A stretch of DNA of 64,000 nucleotides, taken from Candidatus Latescibacterota bacterium. Lineage in GTDB: Bacteria > Latescibacterota > UBA2968. The position numbers were made by a program, and so were the translations under genes. Shown piece by piece: positions 30,043 through 40,800 of the stretch. The stretch's first letter is position 1, and the number at the start of each line of letters is the position of its first letter. Location of the stretch: the NCBI GenBank assembly GCA_965204745.1, contig OZ242010.1, positions 4,128,001 through 4,192,000 on the forward strand. Direction: 5' to 3'. The notes beneath the pieces were generated by a model, which saw only the letters and a program-made list of their open reading frames with translations, had not been told where the DNA came from and did no database searches.

Positions 30043-30630
30043 TCACAACCCAATGCTGCGTTTTTTGTACGCTTTGCGGATTTCCTTTTCGTCTGTCCAG
30101 ATGATTTCAGACGTGACCAAGTCCGTCAGTTGGAAGGTGGCTTTGTAGTACACCAACTTTTCCTTGCCGACTTCCTGCACGTTCGCGCTAAGCGTGCCGG
30201 TCAAAATCATGTCTGACCCGGTCTGTTTGCCGGGGGCTTTGGCCTGCGCGGGATCCACATAGCCAGACTGCTGATACTCGTATTCCGAGGCGATGTCTCG
30301 GCGGTTGGTCACATCGACAAAGCGCACTTTGCCGCTCTGGATCAATGCGGTTTTGATTTTGTCAGACAGGGCCACCATGTCGATGTGTTCGGTGGTGCGA
30401 TTCCGCATTTTGCCGATCATGATGGCGGGTTGCTCCCCCTTCAGCGGAGCCGTGAGGATCGAGTTGACGACCTTTTTGGCGATGAGTTGCATGTCGTTTT
30501 CGTTGAACCGGTCGTCCAGCAAGGCGATGGTTTTGGGATCTTCGTACGTCCCTTTGGTAAAGGCCCTGGGCCCAGCGCATCCGGTTGCGATGCCGAACAG
30601 GGCAATGGCGGTCCAAATGGTGAATTTCAT
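30043..30630 (-). CDS. lpoB: Penicillin-binding protein activator LpoB-like lipoprotein
   Basis: Lipobox ATGC; NRTTEHID, SGKVRFV, EIIWTDEKEIRK. Confidence 0.8.
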   Translation of the reverse strand: MKFTIWTAIALFGIATGCAGPRAFTKGTYEDPKTIALLDDRFNENDMQLIAKKVVNSILTAPLKGEQPAIMIGKMRNRTTEHIDMVALSDKIKTALIQSGKVRFVDVTNRRDIASEYEYQQSGYVDPAQAKAPGKQTGSDMILTGTLSANVQEVGKEKLVYYKATFQLTDLVTSEIIWTDEKEIRKAYKKRSIGL

Positions 30631-30821
30631 GGCGTGTCTCCTCGTTGAAAAGTGGGGTTGATGAACGGTCTTAGAAGCGGTTTGATGACCCGCCCCGATA
30701 GCTCGGTGTGTTTTGCTCCCCCGCCTCGTGGGAAGGGTATAAGGTCGAGCGGATCAAGCGGTCACAAGGCGATGTGTTTTGCTCCCCTTCCTCGTAGGAA
30801 GGGGCCGGGGGTAGGTCCGAC

Positions 30822-31700
30822 TCACCGCCACTCGCATTCCATGCGCGCAGCGTTCATGTGCCATTTGTCGGGCAACATCACGTCTTGCTTGTAGCGGATG
30901 TACGCGCGGCAGTCTTGAATGGGGGAACTGACTGGGTAGTGCATGGCGTACGTTTGAACGCGGCCGAGGTCTGTTTTGGGTATCTCGTGGATGCGATAGA
31001 CGCCCGGGCGCGAAGAGGTGAAAATCCGAACGGTTTTGTCGCCGTGCGTTTTGAGGGGCACGGTGCCCGAAAAGGTGACGCGCCGGATTTTTCTCGGCAA
31101 CAAGGGATCGGTCGCGTCGATCAACGCATCCCGTTGCCACTGCCCGGCGAGCACGGTGTTCAAGTCCGCGGTGAAGACGCGCTCGATCTCGCCGTCTGGA
31201 ATGATGACGTAGAGAAAGCGATGGCGCGCGGTTTGGGACGTGCCATCAAAAGTCAAATAGACCGTGAAGGTGAGCGACTGGTTGGGCGCGAGCGCGTGTT
31301 TGGAAATGGCTTGGATGACCACGGGCGCGAGCCCGGCTCTTTTCAGCGCGATCAGACCTTCGGCAGACGCGTCGCCCGCGTACCGCCGCTCGGAGATCAT
31401 CAGCGCGATTTGATCGGGTTCAAAGCCGCTTTGCACCAGTTGCAACACGTCCTCGCGGGTGAAGGGGAGTTGCGCCGTGCGTTCATAGACCGCGGGCAAT
31501 TCTCCGCCATCCCATTCGACGAGGTTGACGACAATGCCCCGCGTGGGCGGCAAGTTCGCGTGTTCCGCGTCCGCGGTGGCAACGGATCGGGCCGTGCCCG
31601 ACATGACAACTCTGCGGAGGGGAGACTCCGCGCTCGCTGTAGAAACGATCAGCAAGCCAAAAAGGACGACCCACACCGGGTACTGATGTGAACCTTGCAT
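30822..31700 (-). CDS. Hypothetical exported protein
   Basis: GGAGG RBS and signal peptide ASA/ES; alternative start at 31766. Confidence 0.65.
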   Translation of the reverse strand: MQGSHQYPVWVVLFGLLIVSTASAESPLRRVVMSGTARSVATADAEHANLPPTRGIVVNLVEWDGGELPAVYERTAQLPFTREDVLQLVQSGFEPDQIALMISERRYAGDASAEGLIALKRAGLAPVVIQAISKHALAPNQSLTFTVYLTFDGTSQTARHRFLYVIIPDGEIERVFTADLNTVLAGQWQRDALIDATDPLLPRKIRRVTFSGTVPLKTHGDKTVRIFTSSRPGVYRIHEIPKTDLGRVQTYAMHYPVSSPIQDCRAYIRYKQDVMLPDKWHMNAARMECEWR

Positions 31701-31786
31701 GCGTTCCTCCTTGTGGATTGGGGTGAAAACTCTCCGATTCGAGACGAGGTGGATGATGCGTTTCATTGTGATTCCTCCATCCGCGT

Positions 31787-33136
31787 TCATTGATAGACCC
31801 TGTGATTCAAGAACGTGCGCTGGCCGGGGTGGATTTCGACAGTGCTAAATGTCTCGATTTCGATGATCCGACCGTTGGCGTCAAGGGCTTCGAGGGTGAT
31901 GGCGTGCGTGCCCGGCGGCAGTTCGATGCGGCCGATTTGGATGTTGTGCGGGAGGGAGACCCAACTGCGCGTGTCCGCGATTTCAGTGGCGACATTGAGC
32001 AAGTTGGCAAAAAAACCGAGCACTTTGTCTTTTTTATCCGCCTCGCGGTAAGCCAGATATTTGACGAACCCCCGCGCGATGGTTCTGACCATAATTTTCG
32101 GATAGTTGTCTTTGAGCGAGGCTTTTGCAATCGCGGCGTAGTTTTGCGCGATCTGCGTTTGAACGACGCGGTCGCCTACGCGAATGCGAACGCGCTGCGT
32201 GCGCGGAATGGAGGATTCGTATTTGGGCAGGGCCACGCGCAACCAGTATTCGACATCGCCGATGGGACGCACGCGATAGCGGCGACGCGATATATCGACG
32301 GCGATTTTGTTGGCCTCCTCGTCGCGTTTGAGGTCGTCTTCGTACAGGGGCAGGTCGATTTCCTCTTCCACTTTGCGGGGGATGAAGCCGATTTCCAAAA
32401 AGAGCACGAGTTCGCCATTGCCCGCGGACTTCATATCCGGCATGCTATTGAACGAGACGAGGCGCGTGTCTGTTCCCTCGCCATCGAGCACTGCGGCCAT
32501 GTGTTCGAGGTCCGTCGCGACGGTTTGCGGCGGGGCGATGTCGAACGTCTTTTCGTAGTGCGAATACGCGTCTCGCGCGTGTTGGTAGGAAACGTAAGCG
32601 TCGTTGAGTTCGCCGGTGGCTTCGTAAAACAAGCCGGTGATGTAGTGGATGAACGCGTCGTTTTTGTAACTCGCCTGCCCGTTGTGAATGGCGTATTGGT
32701 CGAGTTTTAGATTGGCTTTGCGGCATTCGACAAGCGCGTCTTCCGGCAGGCCCAAATACCAGTAATTCAACGCCCGGTAGTAGTGGACCGCGACCATCTC
32801 AAAGCTGTCGCCCCGGTACTTGCGGATGGCGTCATTGGTCACGAGGGCCGCGGCTTCGCGGGAAATAGAGCGCGTGAAGAGTTTGTCCGAGAGCCGCTCC
32901 GCGGCTGCGAAATACCGGTTGGACATCGCGTAGTGCCCCTCGTAGTGGGCGAGGAGCCCTTTTTCGAGGTGGTAGAGCAATTCATTCCCGCGTTTGGGGG
33001 CCTTTTCAATTGTTGCATTGGCCGCTTCGTAATTGCGCGTGCGAAGGCTGGTGCGGTAATCACCCGAAAAGTGAGAATAGGTGGCGCAACCTTGCAACGC
33101 GATGCCCAGCAACAATGTGAGGAAAATGGTTTTCAT
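31787..33136 (-). CDS. COG3014-like TPR lipoprotein
   Basis: Lipobox LQGC; LLYHLEKG, ALVECRK, ADTRSWVSLP; upstream of lpoB. Confidence 0.8.
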   Translation of the reverse strand: MKTIFLTLLLGIALQGCATYSHFSGDYRTSLRTRNYEAANATIEKAPKRGNELLYHLEKGLLAHYEGHYAMSNRYFAAAERLSDKLFTRSISREAAALVTNDAIRKYRGDSFEMVAVHYYRALNYWYLGLPEDALVECRKANLKLDQYAIHNGQASYKNDAFIHYITGLFYEATGELNDAYVSYQHARDAYSHYEKTFDIAPPQTVATDLEHMAAVLDGEGTDTRLVSFNSMPDMKSAGNGELVLFLEIGFIPRKVEEEIDLPLYEDDLKRDEEANKIAVDISRRRYRVRPIGDVEYWLRVALPKYESSIPRTQRVRIRVGDRVVQTQIAQNYAAIAKASLKDNYPKIMVRTIARGFVKYLAYREADKKDKVLGFFANLLNVATEIADTRSWVSLPHNIQIGRIELPPGTHAITLEALDANGRIIEIETFSTVEIHPGQRTFLNHRVYQ

Positions 33137-33180
33137 CTCGTTTGTCCCGGTTGGGAGTTTTTGATGCTGTCATGTATTAA

Positions 33181-33196
33181 CGCAAAAGCCGTGCCA
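33181..33196 (-). promoter_or_regulatory. Sigma-54 promoter (-24/-12)
   Basis: TGGCACGGCTTTTGCG ~45 nt upstream of start; AT-rich upstream region with TGTGACAATTTTGCACA dyad. Confidence 0.8.
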
Positions 33197-33708
33197 ATGT
33201 GCCCGATTTTTTTAAGCTGTTGAATTTTAGGAAGATGTGACTAAAAAAAGAAATTGAGATGTGTGACAATTTTGCACAGGTGTGAATTTTGACAACAGCC
33301 GGAGAAGCAAAAAGCAGCCACGGAACGCGATGAACATGTCCGAAATTGAGCAAAAAAGTCTTCAAGTTCCAAGTTCAAGACATGGCGACGGTTTTTATCG
33401 ACAGAAGCATAAAAAAAGATATTCAACATATAGCGACATTTTTTTGCATCCGCGTCAAAAATAAAAATGACGGGAAAACGCAGGGAAGTCAACGAGAAAT
33501 TGCCAAATCAAGAGCGTACTCATTGACTACGCCGAGAATGGCACACTAGATCCTATCACCCGGAGATGTGCATATAGATGAAATCCAGCGTATTTTTGAG
33601 CGACTAGGTCTCGATAAACCCGTAGCAGATTTGGCGCCAATTAGGGCGGCCTAACTGTTTTGTGAACTGTTGGTGTGGATAACCCCATCGCTGTGATGCG
33701 ATTCCGCC

Positions 33709-33737
33709 TTGACCTTTGGCGTAAAATATACTATTCT
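33709..33737 (+). promoter_or_regulatory. Sigma-70 promoter for DUF5131 gene
   Basis: TTGACC-17 nt-TATTCT. Confidence 0.6.
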
Positions 33738-33824
33738 TATGTGCAGTAATTGGTTGCGGACTCAACTGAATCTGCGTACCATCCGTTAGTCAGAAATGGC
33801 AGAATGCACACGGGAGCCGACGGC

Positions 33825-34661
33825 ATGTCTCGCAAAAGCACCATTGAATGGACCAACAGCACTTGGAATCCGGTCACGGGTTGCACAAAAGTGAGCGCGG
33901 GATGTGACCATTGTTATGCCGAACGCCTTTCCGAGCGTTTTCGCGGCGTCAAGGGCCATCCTTTCGAGGGTGGCTTTGATCTTACCCTGCGGTCCGAGCG
34001 TCTCGAGCAACCGTTGCGCTGGCGGCAGCGACAACTCATCTTCGTCAATTCGATGAGCGATCTTTTTCACAAGGACATTCCCACCGAGTACATCGCCCGC
34101 GTATTCGACACGATGGAACGTGCGGACTGGCATACCTATCAGGTGCTCACCAAGCGCAGTTCCCCGATGCGCGATTTCATCCATCAGCACTACTCGGGTC
34201 AACTGGCGCCCCCGCATATCTGGCTCGGCGTCTCTATCGAAAATGCCGCGGCCATGACGCGCTTGCGACACTTGAAACAGACCAACTCCTCTGTGCGCTT
34301 TGTCTCATTCGAGCCGCTGATCGGCCCTCTCGGCGCGGTGAATTTGGAGGGCGTTCACTGGGTCATCGCCGGGGGCGAGAGTGGGCCGGGCGCGCGTCCG
34401 ATGCATAAGGAATGGGTGCGATCCTTGCGCGACCAGTGCCAAGCCCAGCGCGTGGCCTTCTTCTTCAAGCAATGGGGCGGGCGCACCCCCAAAGCGGGCG
34501 GCAACACGCTCGACGGACGCCAATGGCTGGAATATCCACAAATGGAATCCGAGCAACAACTCGGCATGCCATTACAAGTGGCTGGCGCACCAACAGACGA
34601 CAGGAACGACCTGCCCGACGTGGGGCCTTGGGCACAGGAGAAACTAATGTGTCTCCGCTGA
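33825..34661 (+). CDS. DUF5131 (phage Gp37/Gp68-like, three-Cys motif) protein running into a truncated TcmP-like N-terminus
   Basis: IEWT..TWNPVTGCTKVSAGCDHCYA, FVNSMSDLFH, GGESG, FFFKQWGG; tail LPDVGPWAQEKL. Confidence 0.85.
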   Translation: MSRKSTIEWTNSTWNPVTGCTKVSAGCDHCYAERLSERFRGVKGHPFEGGFDLTLRSERLEQPLRWRQRQLIFVNSMSDLFHKDIPTEYIARVFDTMERADWHTYQVLTKRSSPMRDFIHQHYSGQLAPPHIWLGVSIENAAAMTRLRHLKQTNSSVRFVSFEPLIGPLGAVNLEGVHWVIAGGESGPGARPMHKEWVRSLRDQCQAQRVAFFFKQWGGRTPKAGGNTLDGRQWLEYPQMESEQQLGMPLQVAGAPTDDRNDLPDVGPWAQEKLMCLR

Positions 34662-34719
34662 TGTGTTGAAACAAGGCGCGAGACGCATTCAATAAAAGCA
34701 AGCGCGATTGGTTTTGCTA

Positions 34720-34929
34720 GGTTCTGTTAACATTTTATTTTTTTGACGTATGCACAGAGTAGCAACTGTGTTGCTTGCTCATTTAAGGCGTTTGGTCCTA
34801 CAGCCTCGTTGGTTGCCTCCGATGCCTTCGGCGACTTACTTTTTTTTAACAGCAAAAAAAAGTAAGCAAAAAATGCCGCTCTCAAACGCCGAGGGGCTTG
34901 CACAGCGCAAAGCGCTTTTGTAACAGAAC
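34720..34929. mobile_element. Possible MITE/IS remnant
   Basis: GTTCTGTTA/TAACAGAAC ends; left end matches 43697..43713 (inverted) at 16/17. Confidence 0.4.
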
Positions 34930-35265
34930 GATATGCGCCAGCCTGCAAGGTGGGTTGCATAATGGATGTTGGTTGCGAGACGGCCTTGCGCGCTGTGCGT
35001 GATGGCTTTAGCTGATGGTCTTTTGCGAGAGCACTTATTGGGATGCCTTCTTTGAACTGCGGAACGTCCGTGAATACGATGAGCGTGGTAGCAAAAACGA
35101 GAAAACTGAAGGATCAACTGTTCCAGTTTCTCAAACCGAGAGCATATTCTGCGATAGGGCTTGATTTTCCCGATAAACCGCTCAAGCTAGTTGCAGTGCT
35201 CGTAAATGTCAACACAACCTAACCGCCAAAGGGGTTGGGCGGACTGACCACTGACCACTGACCAC

Positions 35266-35763
35266 TTGTTTTCCTGCCTCCCGATGCTTCCCAACCTAAC
35301 CATACATCCCCCTCGCGCTTCTGATGGCGAAGCACTCCACGCCTTGGTGCGGGCGATTGGGGCGCGATGTGTGGTCGATGTGTGGGCCGAGCGCGTGTCC
35401 ATATCCCTCGGGCAGACGCTCATCGCGGTGCAGGGCGAGGAATGGATTGGGTTTGTCGCGTGGCAACAGGATGAGATGCAAGCCGTGATTGTGGGATTGG
35501 GGGTGCGTGCGAATCACCGGCGTTTTGGCGTGGCGACGGCGTTGGTCAATGCGTTGGCAGAACACTTGCGAGCCGCGGGTTCGCGCTTGGTGGAAGCGGT
35601 TGTGCCATGCGACAGAATGGTCGCGACAGGCGTGTTTGAAGCGGCCGGCTTTCGGCACATCGGCACGCACGCCAAGGGCGATGCGATTTTTGAACGCAGA
35701 TTGGGCAGGCAACGGGCAGATGGATTTGGAAAAGGAGACGAAAAATTATGGCAACGGCGTTGA
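35266..35763 (+). CDS. GNAT acetyltransferase
   Basis: LGV..NHRRFGVATALV; FEAAGF. Confidence 0.7.
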   Translation: MFSCLPMLPNLTIHPPRASDGEALHALVRAIGARCVVDVWAERVSISLGQTLIAVQGEEWIGFVAWQQDEMQAVIVGLGVRANHRRFGVATALVNALAEHLRAAGSRLVEAVVPCDRMVATGVFEAAGFRHIGTHAKGDAIFERRLGRQRADGFGKGDEKLWQRR

Positions 35764-36527
35764 TTACGGGGGCGTCAAGTGGGATTGGGTTGGCGTTGGC
35801 ACGGGTGTTTGCGGCCGATGGGGTGGATGTGATTTTGTCGGCGCGGTCAGAGGATAGGTTGCGCGAGTTGGCAAACGAGGTGCGGGAAACATATCGCGTC
35901 AAGGCGCGGGTGATCCCGGCGGATTTGTCGCGGCCGGGCCAGGCCCAGAAAATTTATGATCGCGTGGTGGCAACCGGGTGGCAGGTGGATTGCCTGGTGA
36001 ACAATGCCGGGTTTGGGGTGTACGGGGATTTTGCAGAGACGGATTGGATGGCAGAGGCGGCGATGGTGCAGGTGAATATCGTCGCGCTGACGCAGTTGAC
36101 CAAATTGTTTTTGCCGGAGATGATCGCCCGAGGCAGGGGAAAAATTTTGAATGTGGCTTCGACTGCGGCTTTTCAACCCGGCCCGATGATGGCCGTGTAT
36201 TTTGCGACCAAGGCGTATGTGTTGTCGTTTTCAGAGGCGATAGCCCATGAATTAAGGGGCACGGGCGTGCATGTGACCGCGTTGTGTCCTGGCGCGACAG
36301 AGACGGGTTTTCAACGCTCGGCAGGGGCGACGGGCTCGCGCGTATTTGATTCGCGCAAGTTGCCCACGGGCGCGGATGTCGCAAGGTATGGGTACAAGGT
36401 GTTGCAAAGGCAGAAGCGCGTGGCGGTTCACGGGGCGATCAACAAAATGCTGGCATTCGGCACGCGCCTCTTGCCCAGACGCGCCGTGGTGGCAATTACA
36501 AAAATGCTGATTGCCAGAAGTGAATAA
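35748..36527 (+). CDS. Short-chain dehydrogenase/reductase
   Basis: TGASSGIG, NNAG, YFATK. Confidence 0.92.
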   Translation: MATALITGASSGIGLALARVFAADGVDVILSARSEDRLRELANEVRETYRVKARVIPADLSRPGQAQKIYDRVVATGWQVDCLVNNAGFGVYGDFAETDWMAEAAMVQVNIVALTQLTKLFLPEMIARGRGKILNVASTAAFQPGPMMAVYFATKAYVLSFSEAIAHELRGTGVHVTALCPGATETGFQRSAGATGSRVFDSRKLPTGADVARYGYKVLQRQKRVAVHGAINKMLAFGTRLLPRRAVVAITKMLIARSE

Positions 36528-36725
36528 AGATAGCCACGAGCGGGGTACAACTGGCGACAGCCAGTTCAAAGGCACAAAAGTCACGAGCGGGGTACAACTG
36601 GCGACAGCCAGTTCAAAGGCACAGAATGGATTTTGCCCTTTTTGTGTTTCTGTGCCTCTTGTGGCTATTTTGCGTCTTGCGTCCCGATCTATTCAGGAGC
36701 CACAACAGGCACAAAGGGGAGAGAA

Positions 36726-37253
36726 ATGTTGATGCAAAGCGAGATTGCCGGCATGGGACGTCGCTTGTTGGCGACGGCGTTGGATTTTGTGATTTTGATG
36801 GTGGCCCTGCCCGTGATGACGCGCAATGTGCCATTGTCGCATCCGGCACTTTGGTGGGCGCTGGTTTTTGCGGTTGCTGTGGTGTATTCCGCGCTCTTTG
36901 GCGTGCTGATGGGCCGAACCCCGGGCAAGATGGTGTTGGGGTTGCGCGTGATCGATGCTCAGGGGCGGGGATTGAATTACGTGCAGATGTTCCTGCGTGC
37001 GGTGCTGAAGTGGTCGTTGTTTTTCGCGCTGTTTTTCGCCATGTCCCTGTTGACGCCTGCGGAATTGTACCAGCATCCCGCAGATGGCGAGGAAATCGCT
37101 ACAGTGGAGACAGGCCCCGCGCTCGCCTTGTCGGCTGTGATGGTGATCGGCACTTTGGGCTGGTTGATATTGATCCATCTCGCACGCCGGCATCCGGATG
37201 GACAAGGGTTGCACGACCGCGCAGCGGAAACGTATGTGATTAAGACGGGATGA
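36726..37253 (+). CDS. RDD family membrane protein
   Basis: RRLLATALD, GRTPGK..LGLRV, QGLHDRAAET.V. Confidence 0.88.
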   Translation: MLMQSEIAGMGRRLLATALDFVILMVALPVMTRNVPLSHPALWWALVFAVAVVYSALFGVLMGRTPGKMVLGLRVIDAQGRGLNYVQMFLRAVLKWSLFFALFFAMSLLTPAELYQHPADGEEIATVETGPALALSAVMVIGTLGWLILIHLARRHPDGQGLHDRAAETYVIKTG

Positions 37254-37348
37254 AAGAGCAGTTGAACGCGAAAAACATATCGCCTCTCAATCTAATGAAC
37301 ACAAAAAGCCGCCGATAGCTAGGGTACCGGCGGCTCTGGGTTAGTGGT

Positions 37349-37417
37349 CAATGCGAATTAAGAGTAGAAAGCGAGTAAGAAGCAAGCCGCAACCCATCAT
37401 CCAAAGACATGAACGAG
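37349..37417 (+). repeat. 69-bp inverted repeat, left arm
   Basis: 68/69 identical to reverse complement of 43713..43781. Confidence 0.9.
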
Positions 37418-37589
37418 TCATCCATTATAGAATCGCCCTTGAACTTGTCTTAAAACGAACGATGGATGCCCCTCCTCCGGCTCTTTCCCGCAACGGAGAG
37501 ATGTTATTCCCCCTTGTATCTTCCTCGCAGGCACAGGCGTAGCCTACAACGGAGCGTAGCGAGTAACGGGGGCCAGGGGGTAGGTCTCA

Positions 37590-37630
37590 AAAAGTAAAGC
37601 CCGAGTTCACTGGGAACCCGGGCTTTACTT
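37590..37630 (-). terminator. Intrinsic terminator of gene B (homologous to that of gene A)
   Basis: AAAGCCCGGGTTCCCAGTGAACTCGGGCTTTACTTTTT on minus strand. Confidence 0.75.
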
Positions 37631-37655
37631 TTCCCTTTCACGTCTTTCGCATTTG

Positions 37656-37850
37656 TCAGCCTGTCGAACCAAAGTTATCGGCGAAGATGAAGAAATCGGC
37701 AGAGTCAATTTGACCATCGCCATCGCATCGGGGGTCATATCGCTCCTGACCGAGCCGCGATCCAAACTTATCCGCAAAGGTCAAGAAGTCGGCGAAATTC
37801 ACATCGCCATCGCCATCGCTGTCTGTGGCGGTCAGGGAACAGGCTTTCAT
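37656..37850 (-). CDS. Orphan EF-hand dockerin-like anchor (64 aa)
   Basis: Near-identical to last ~55 aa of gene C; ATGA overlap with stop of B. Confidence 0.65.
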   Translation of the reverse strand: MKACSLTATDSDGDGDVNFADFLTFADKFGSRLGQERYDPRCDGDGQIDSADFFIFADNFGSTG

Positions 37851-40800
37851 TGGAAGTGGGAGGCGGGATAGAGGCTTCGGATGTAGGGTTCAATGGCTTG
37901 AGAGGTCGTGCGCGTAGCATTTTGCTCGATGACGTTCCCTCTGACGAGGGCCTCGTTCCGGAAGAAGAGGACGTATCGAATGATCAGGATTATATCCGAG
38001 AACAGCCTCACATCGCCATCGCCATCCACATCGAGAATGTTCTGATTGACCAACGTGTCGAGGTAGGGTTCAATTTCTTGAGCGGTCGTGCGCGTGGCAG
38101 TTGGCTCGATGACGTTCCCTCTGAGGAGGGCCTCGTTCCGGAAGAAGAGGACATATCGAATGACCAGGATTATATCCGAGAACAATCTCACCCGGCCATC
38201 GCCATCCACATCCAAGTTGGCACTCGAGGTTTCGTCATCGATAATCGTCCCTGTGCCTTGCGCCGTGCTTATGGTCGCATTGGTCGCACTGCTCAGCGTC
38301 ACGATCACGGTCTCGTTCTGCTCATCATCCGAGTCGTCGGTCACAGAAACAGCGATAGTCTGGCTGGTCGCGCCTATCGCGAAGGTCAGGGTTCCTGCGG
38401 TAAGCGCGGTGTAATCCGTCCCCGAAGTCGCGGTGCCCGTGCCCGCGTCTGCATACGCCACCGTCACCTGTGCCGTGTGCATCGGGCTTAGGTACACCTG
38501 AAAGGTCAGGGTCGCACCGGTCGCGCCTTCAATCACGCTTGGCGAACCGATACTCAGCGCAGGCATGCCATCGTCATCGATAATCGTCCCTGTGCCTTGC
38601 GCCGTGCTTATGGTCGCATTGGTCGCACTGCTCAGCGTCACGATCACGGTCTCGTTCGGCTCATTATCCGTGTCGCCGGTCACAGTAACAGCGATGGTCT
38701 GGCTGGTCGTGCCTGCCGCGAAGGTCAGGGTCCCTGCGGTAAGTGCGGTGTAATCCGTCCCCGAAGTCGCGGTGCCCGTGCCCGCGTCTGCATACGCCAC
38801 CGTCACCTCTTTGCCGCTCACCGCATTCAATCTAACGGTGAACGTCAGGGCAGTGCCCTCAACCGCACTCGGCGAACTAATCGAGAGCCTCGGCGGCGCG
38901 TCATCATCTGTGATCGTCAGGGTCTCGGAAGATGATAGCACCGCCATATTGCCACCCGTCACCGTTGCAGACACGGTCACTTCCTTGTCAGGCGCATCGG
39001 TCGTATCGTTCACCGAGGTGATCGTCACGCTGCCCGTGCTCGTCGTCACATTCGCCGCGAAGGTCAGCGTGGTCGTGGTCGATAGCGTAAAATCGCCCGC
39101 AACCGCAGGCGACACAGCCATCGCTGAAACCGTGACCGTCGCCGCCGTGGTTGCAACGCGATCTAGCGTCGCCGTGATCGTGGAAACCTGGGCATTCTCC
39201 GTAATCGACGCAGGAGTCAAAACCAACGTCACGTTCGGCACGTCGTCATCGACAAGCGTCAGCGTCACATCAGTGACCGATCCCGTGCCTACGCTGTTGG
39301 TTAGCGTACTCGACACGGTCACCGTCTTGTTCCCCGTAGCATCGGCGTTATTCACCCCTGTGATCGTCACGGTGCCCGCGCTCATCGTTTGCTCCGCCGC
39401 GACGGTCAGCGTGGCCTGCGTGCTTATCGTGTAGTCGCCCGCAACCGCAGGTGACACAGGTGCCACTGTCACCGTAATCGTCGTCGGATCGCTTGACGTG
39501 TGAGACAGGGTCGCGGTCACGGTCGAGATACCGCCGTTCTCTGAAATCGACGCAGGCGATACAACCATCGTCACGTCCGGCGGGTCGTCGTCGTCCTCCA
39601 GCGTTATAGTGCCGGTCACACTACCCGCGCCTTGGGTGTTGCGCGACACACCGGACAGGTCCACGACGCGATTAGGCTCGTCTCGGGTGTTGTCCACCGA
39701 TGTGATGACCACCGTATCCGACGCGTTTATCGTGTCCCCGGCCGCGATGGTGATCGTCGAATCCGTCGCCGACACCTCGTAAGCACCGGCCAACGGGCGC
39801 ACCGTGATCGTCGTCGCCTCGTTCGATGGGCGCGATAGCGACGCCATCACTGTCGAAACCGCGCCGTTCTCCGAAATCGACGCGGGATTCGGCGTCAGCG
39901 TCACCATCGGCGCAAGGTCGTCGTCGGTGATCGTCAAAGTTGCCCCGGCCACCCTGCCCGCGACTTGGCTGTTGTGCATCACTGCGGACATGGTCACGTC
40001 GCGATTAGGCTCGTCTTGGGTGTTGTTCACCGCGGTGATGACCACCGTGTCCGAAGCGTTCGCGGTTTGCCCGGCCGGTATGGTGATCGTCGAATCCGCC
40101 GGCACCGTGTAAGCATCCGCCATCGGGCGCACCGTGATCGTCGTCGCCGCGCTCAACGACCGTGCCAGCGTCGCGGTCACAGTGCTCATCCCGCCGTTTT
40201 CCGAGATCGACGAGGGCGTCAGTGCCAACGTCACGACCACGGGTTGGAGGTTAAATTGCACGGTGGTGTCCATGCCGGCATACTTCAAGGCCGGATACTG
40301 ATTCGTCGCGCCAAAGTACCACGGATCGTCGTTGCCGGCTTGTCCGTCGATGTTGGCGTTCCAACTGGAGTAGATGCCGATGTAGTCGTTGGGGCGCTGG
40401 AGGTCGGCGGTGGCGTAGCCCGTGCCGCCTGCGCTGGTGTTATGGTAGCTGAGGAAGGTGTCCCAGTAGCTGTTGGACACGCTGCCCGGGGAAACAACGT
40501 TGCCTATTAGCCCACCGACATTGCTTCCTGTGCCGCTGACCCTGCCTGTGGAATACGAGTTTGTTATAGAACCGCCAAACCGAGCTCCCACCAGACCGCC
40601 AGTATTGCTCTCTCCGCTGAGGGAGGCATTGGAGTAGCTAGTGGAGATGGTAAGACTCCATTATACAGGTAGCCTACCAATCCGCCGCTGGAAGTGCCGG
40701 TGGCGCTGACCTTGCCTGTGGTGTAACAGGCGACGACTTCGCCGCGCATGGTGCCTACCAGAATGCCGACCCATTTCCACGCCGCAACGTCGCCATCGAT

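Noticed and set aside
33674-33682. DnaA box TGTGGATAA as oriC
   Set aside because: Single perfect box, no cluster and no dnaA context
34951-34980. dif site (GGGTTGCATAATGGATG...)
   Set aside because: The XerC-like arm resembles dif but the XerD arm TTATGTTAAAT is absent
36535-36617. CRISPR array
   Set aside because: Only two copies with an 11-nt gap, dispersed copies elsewhere and no cas genes
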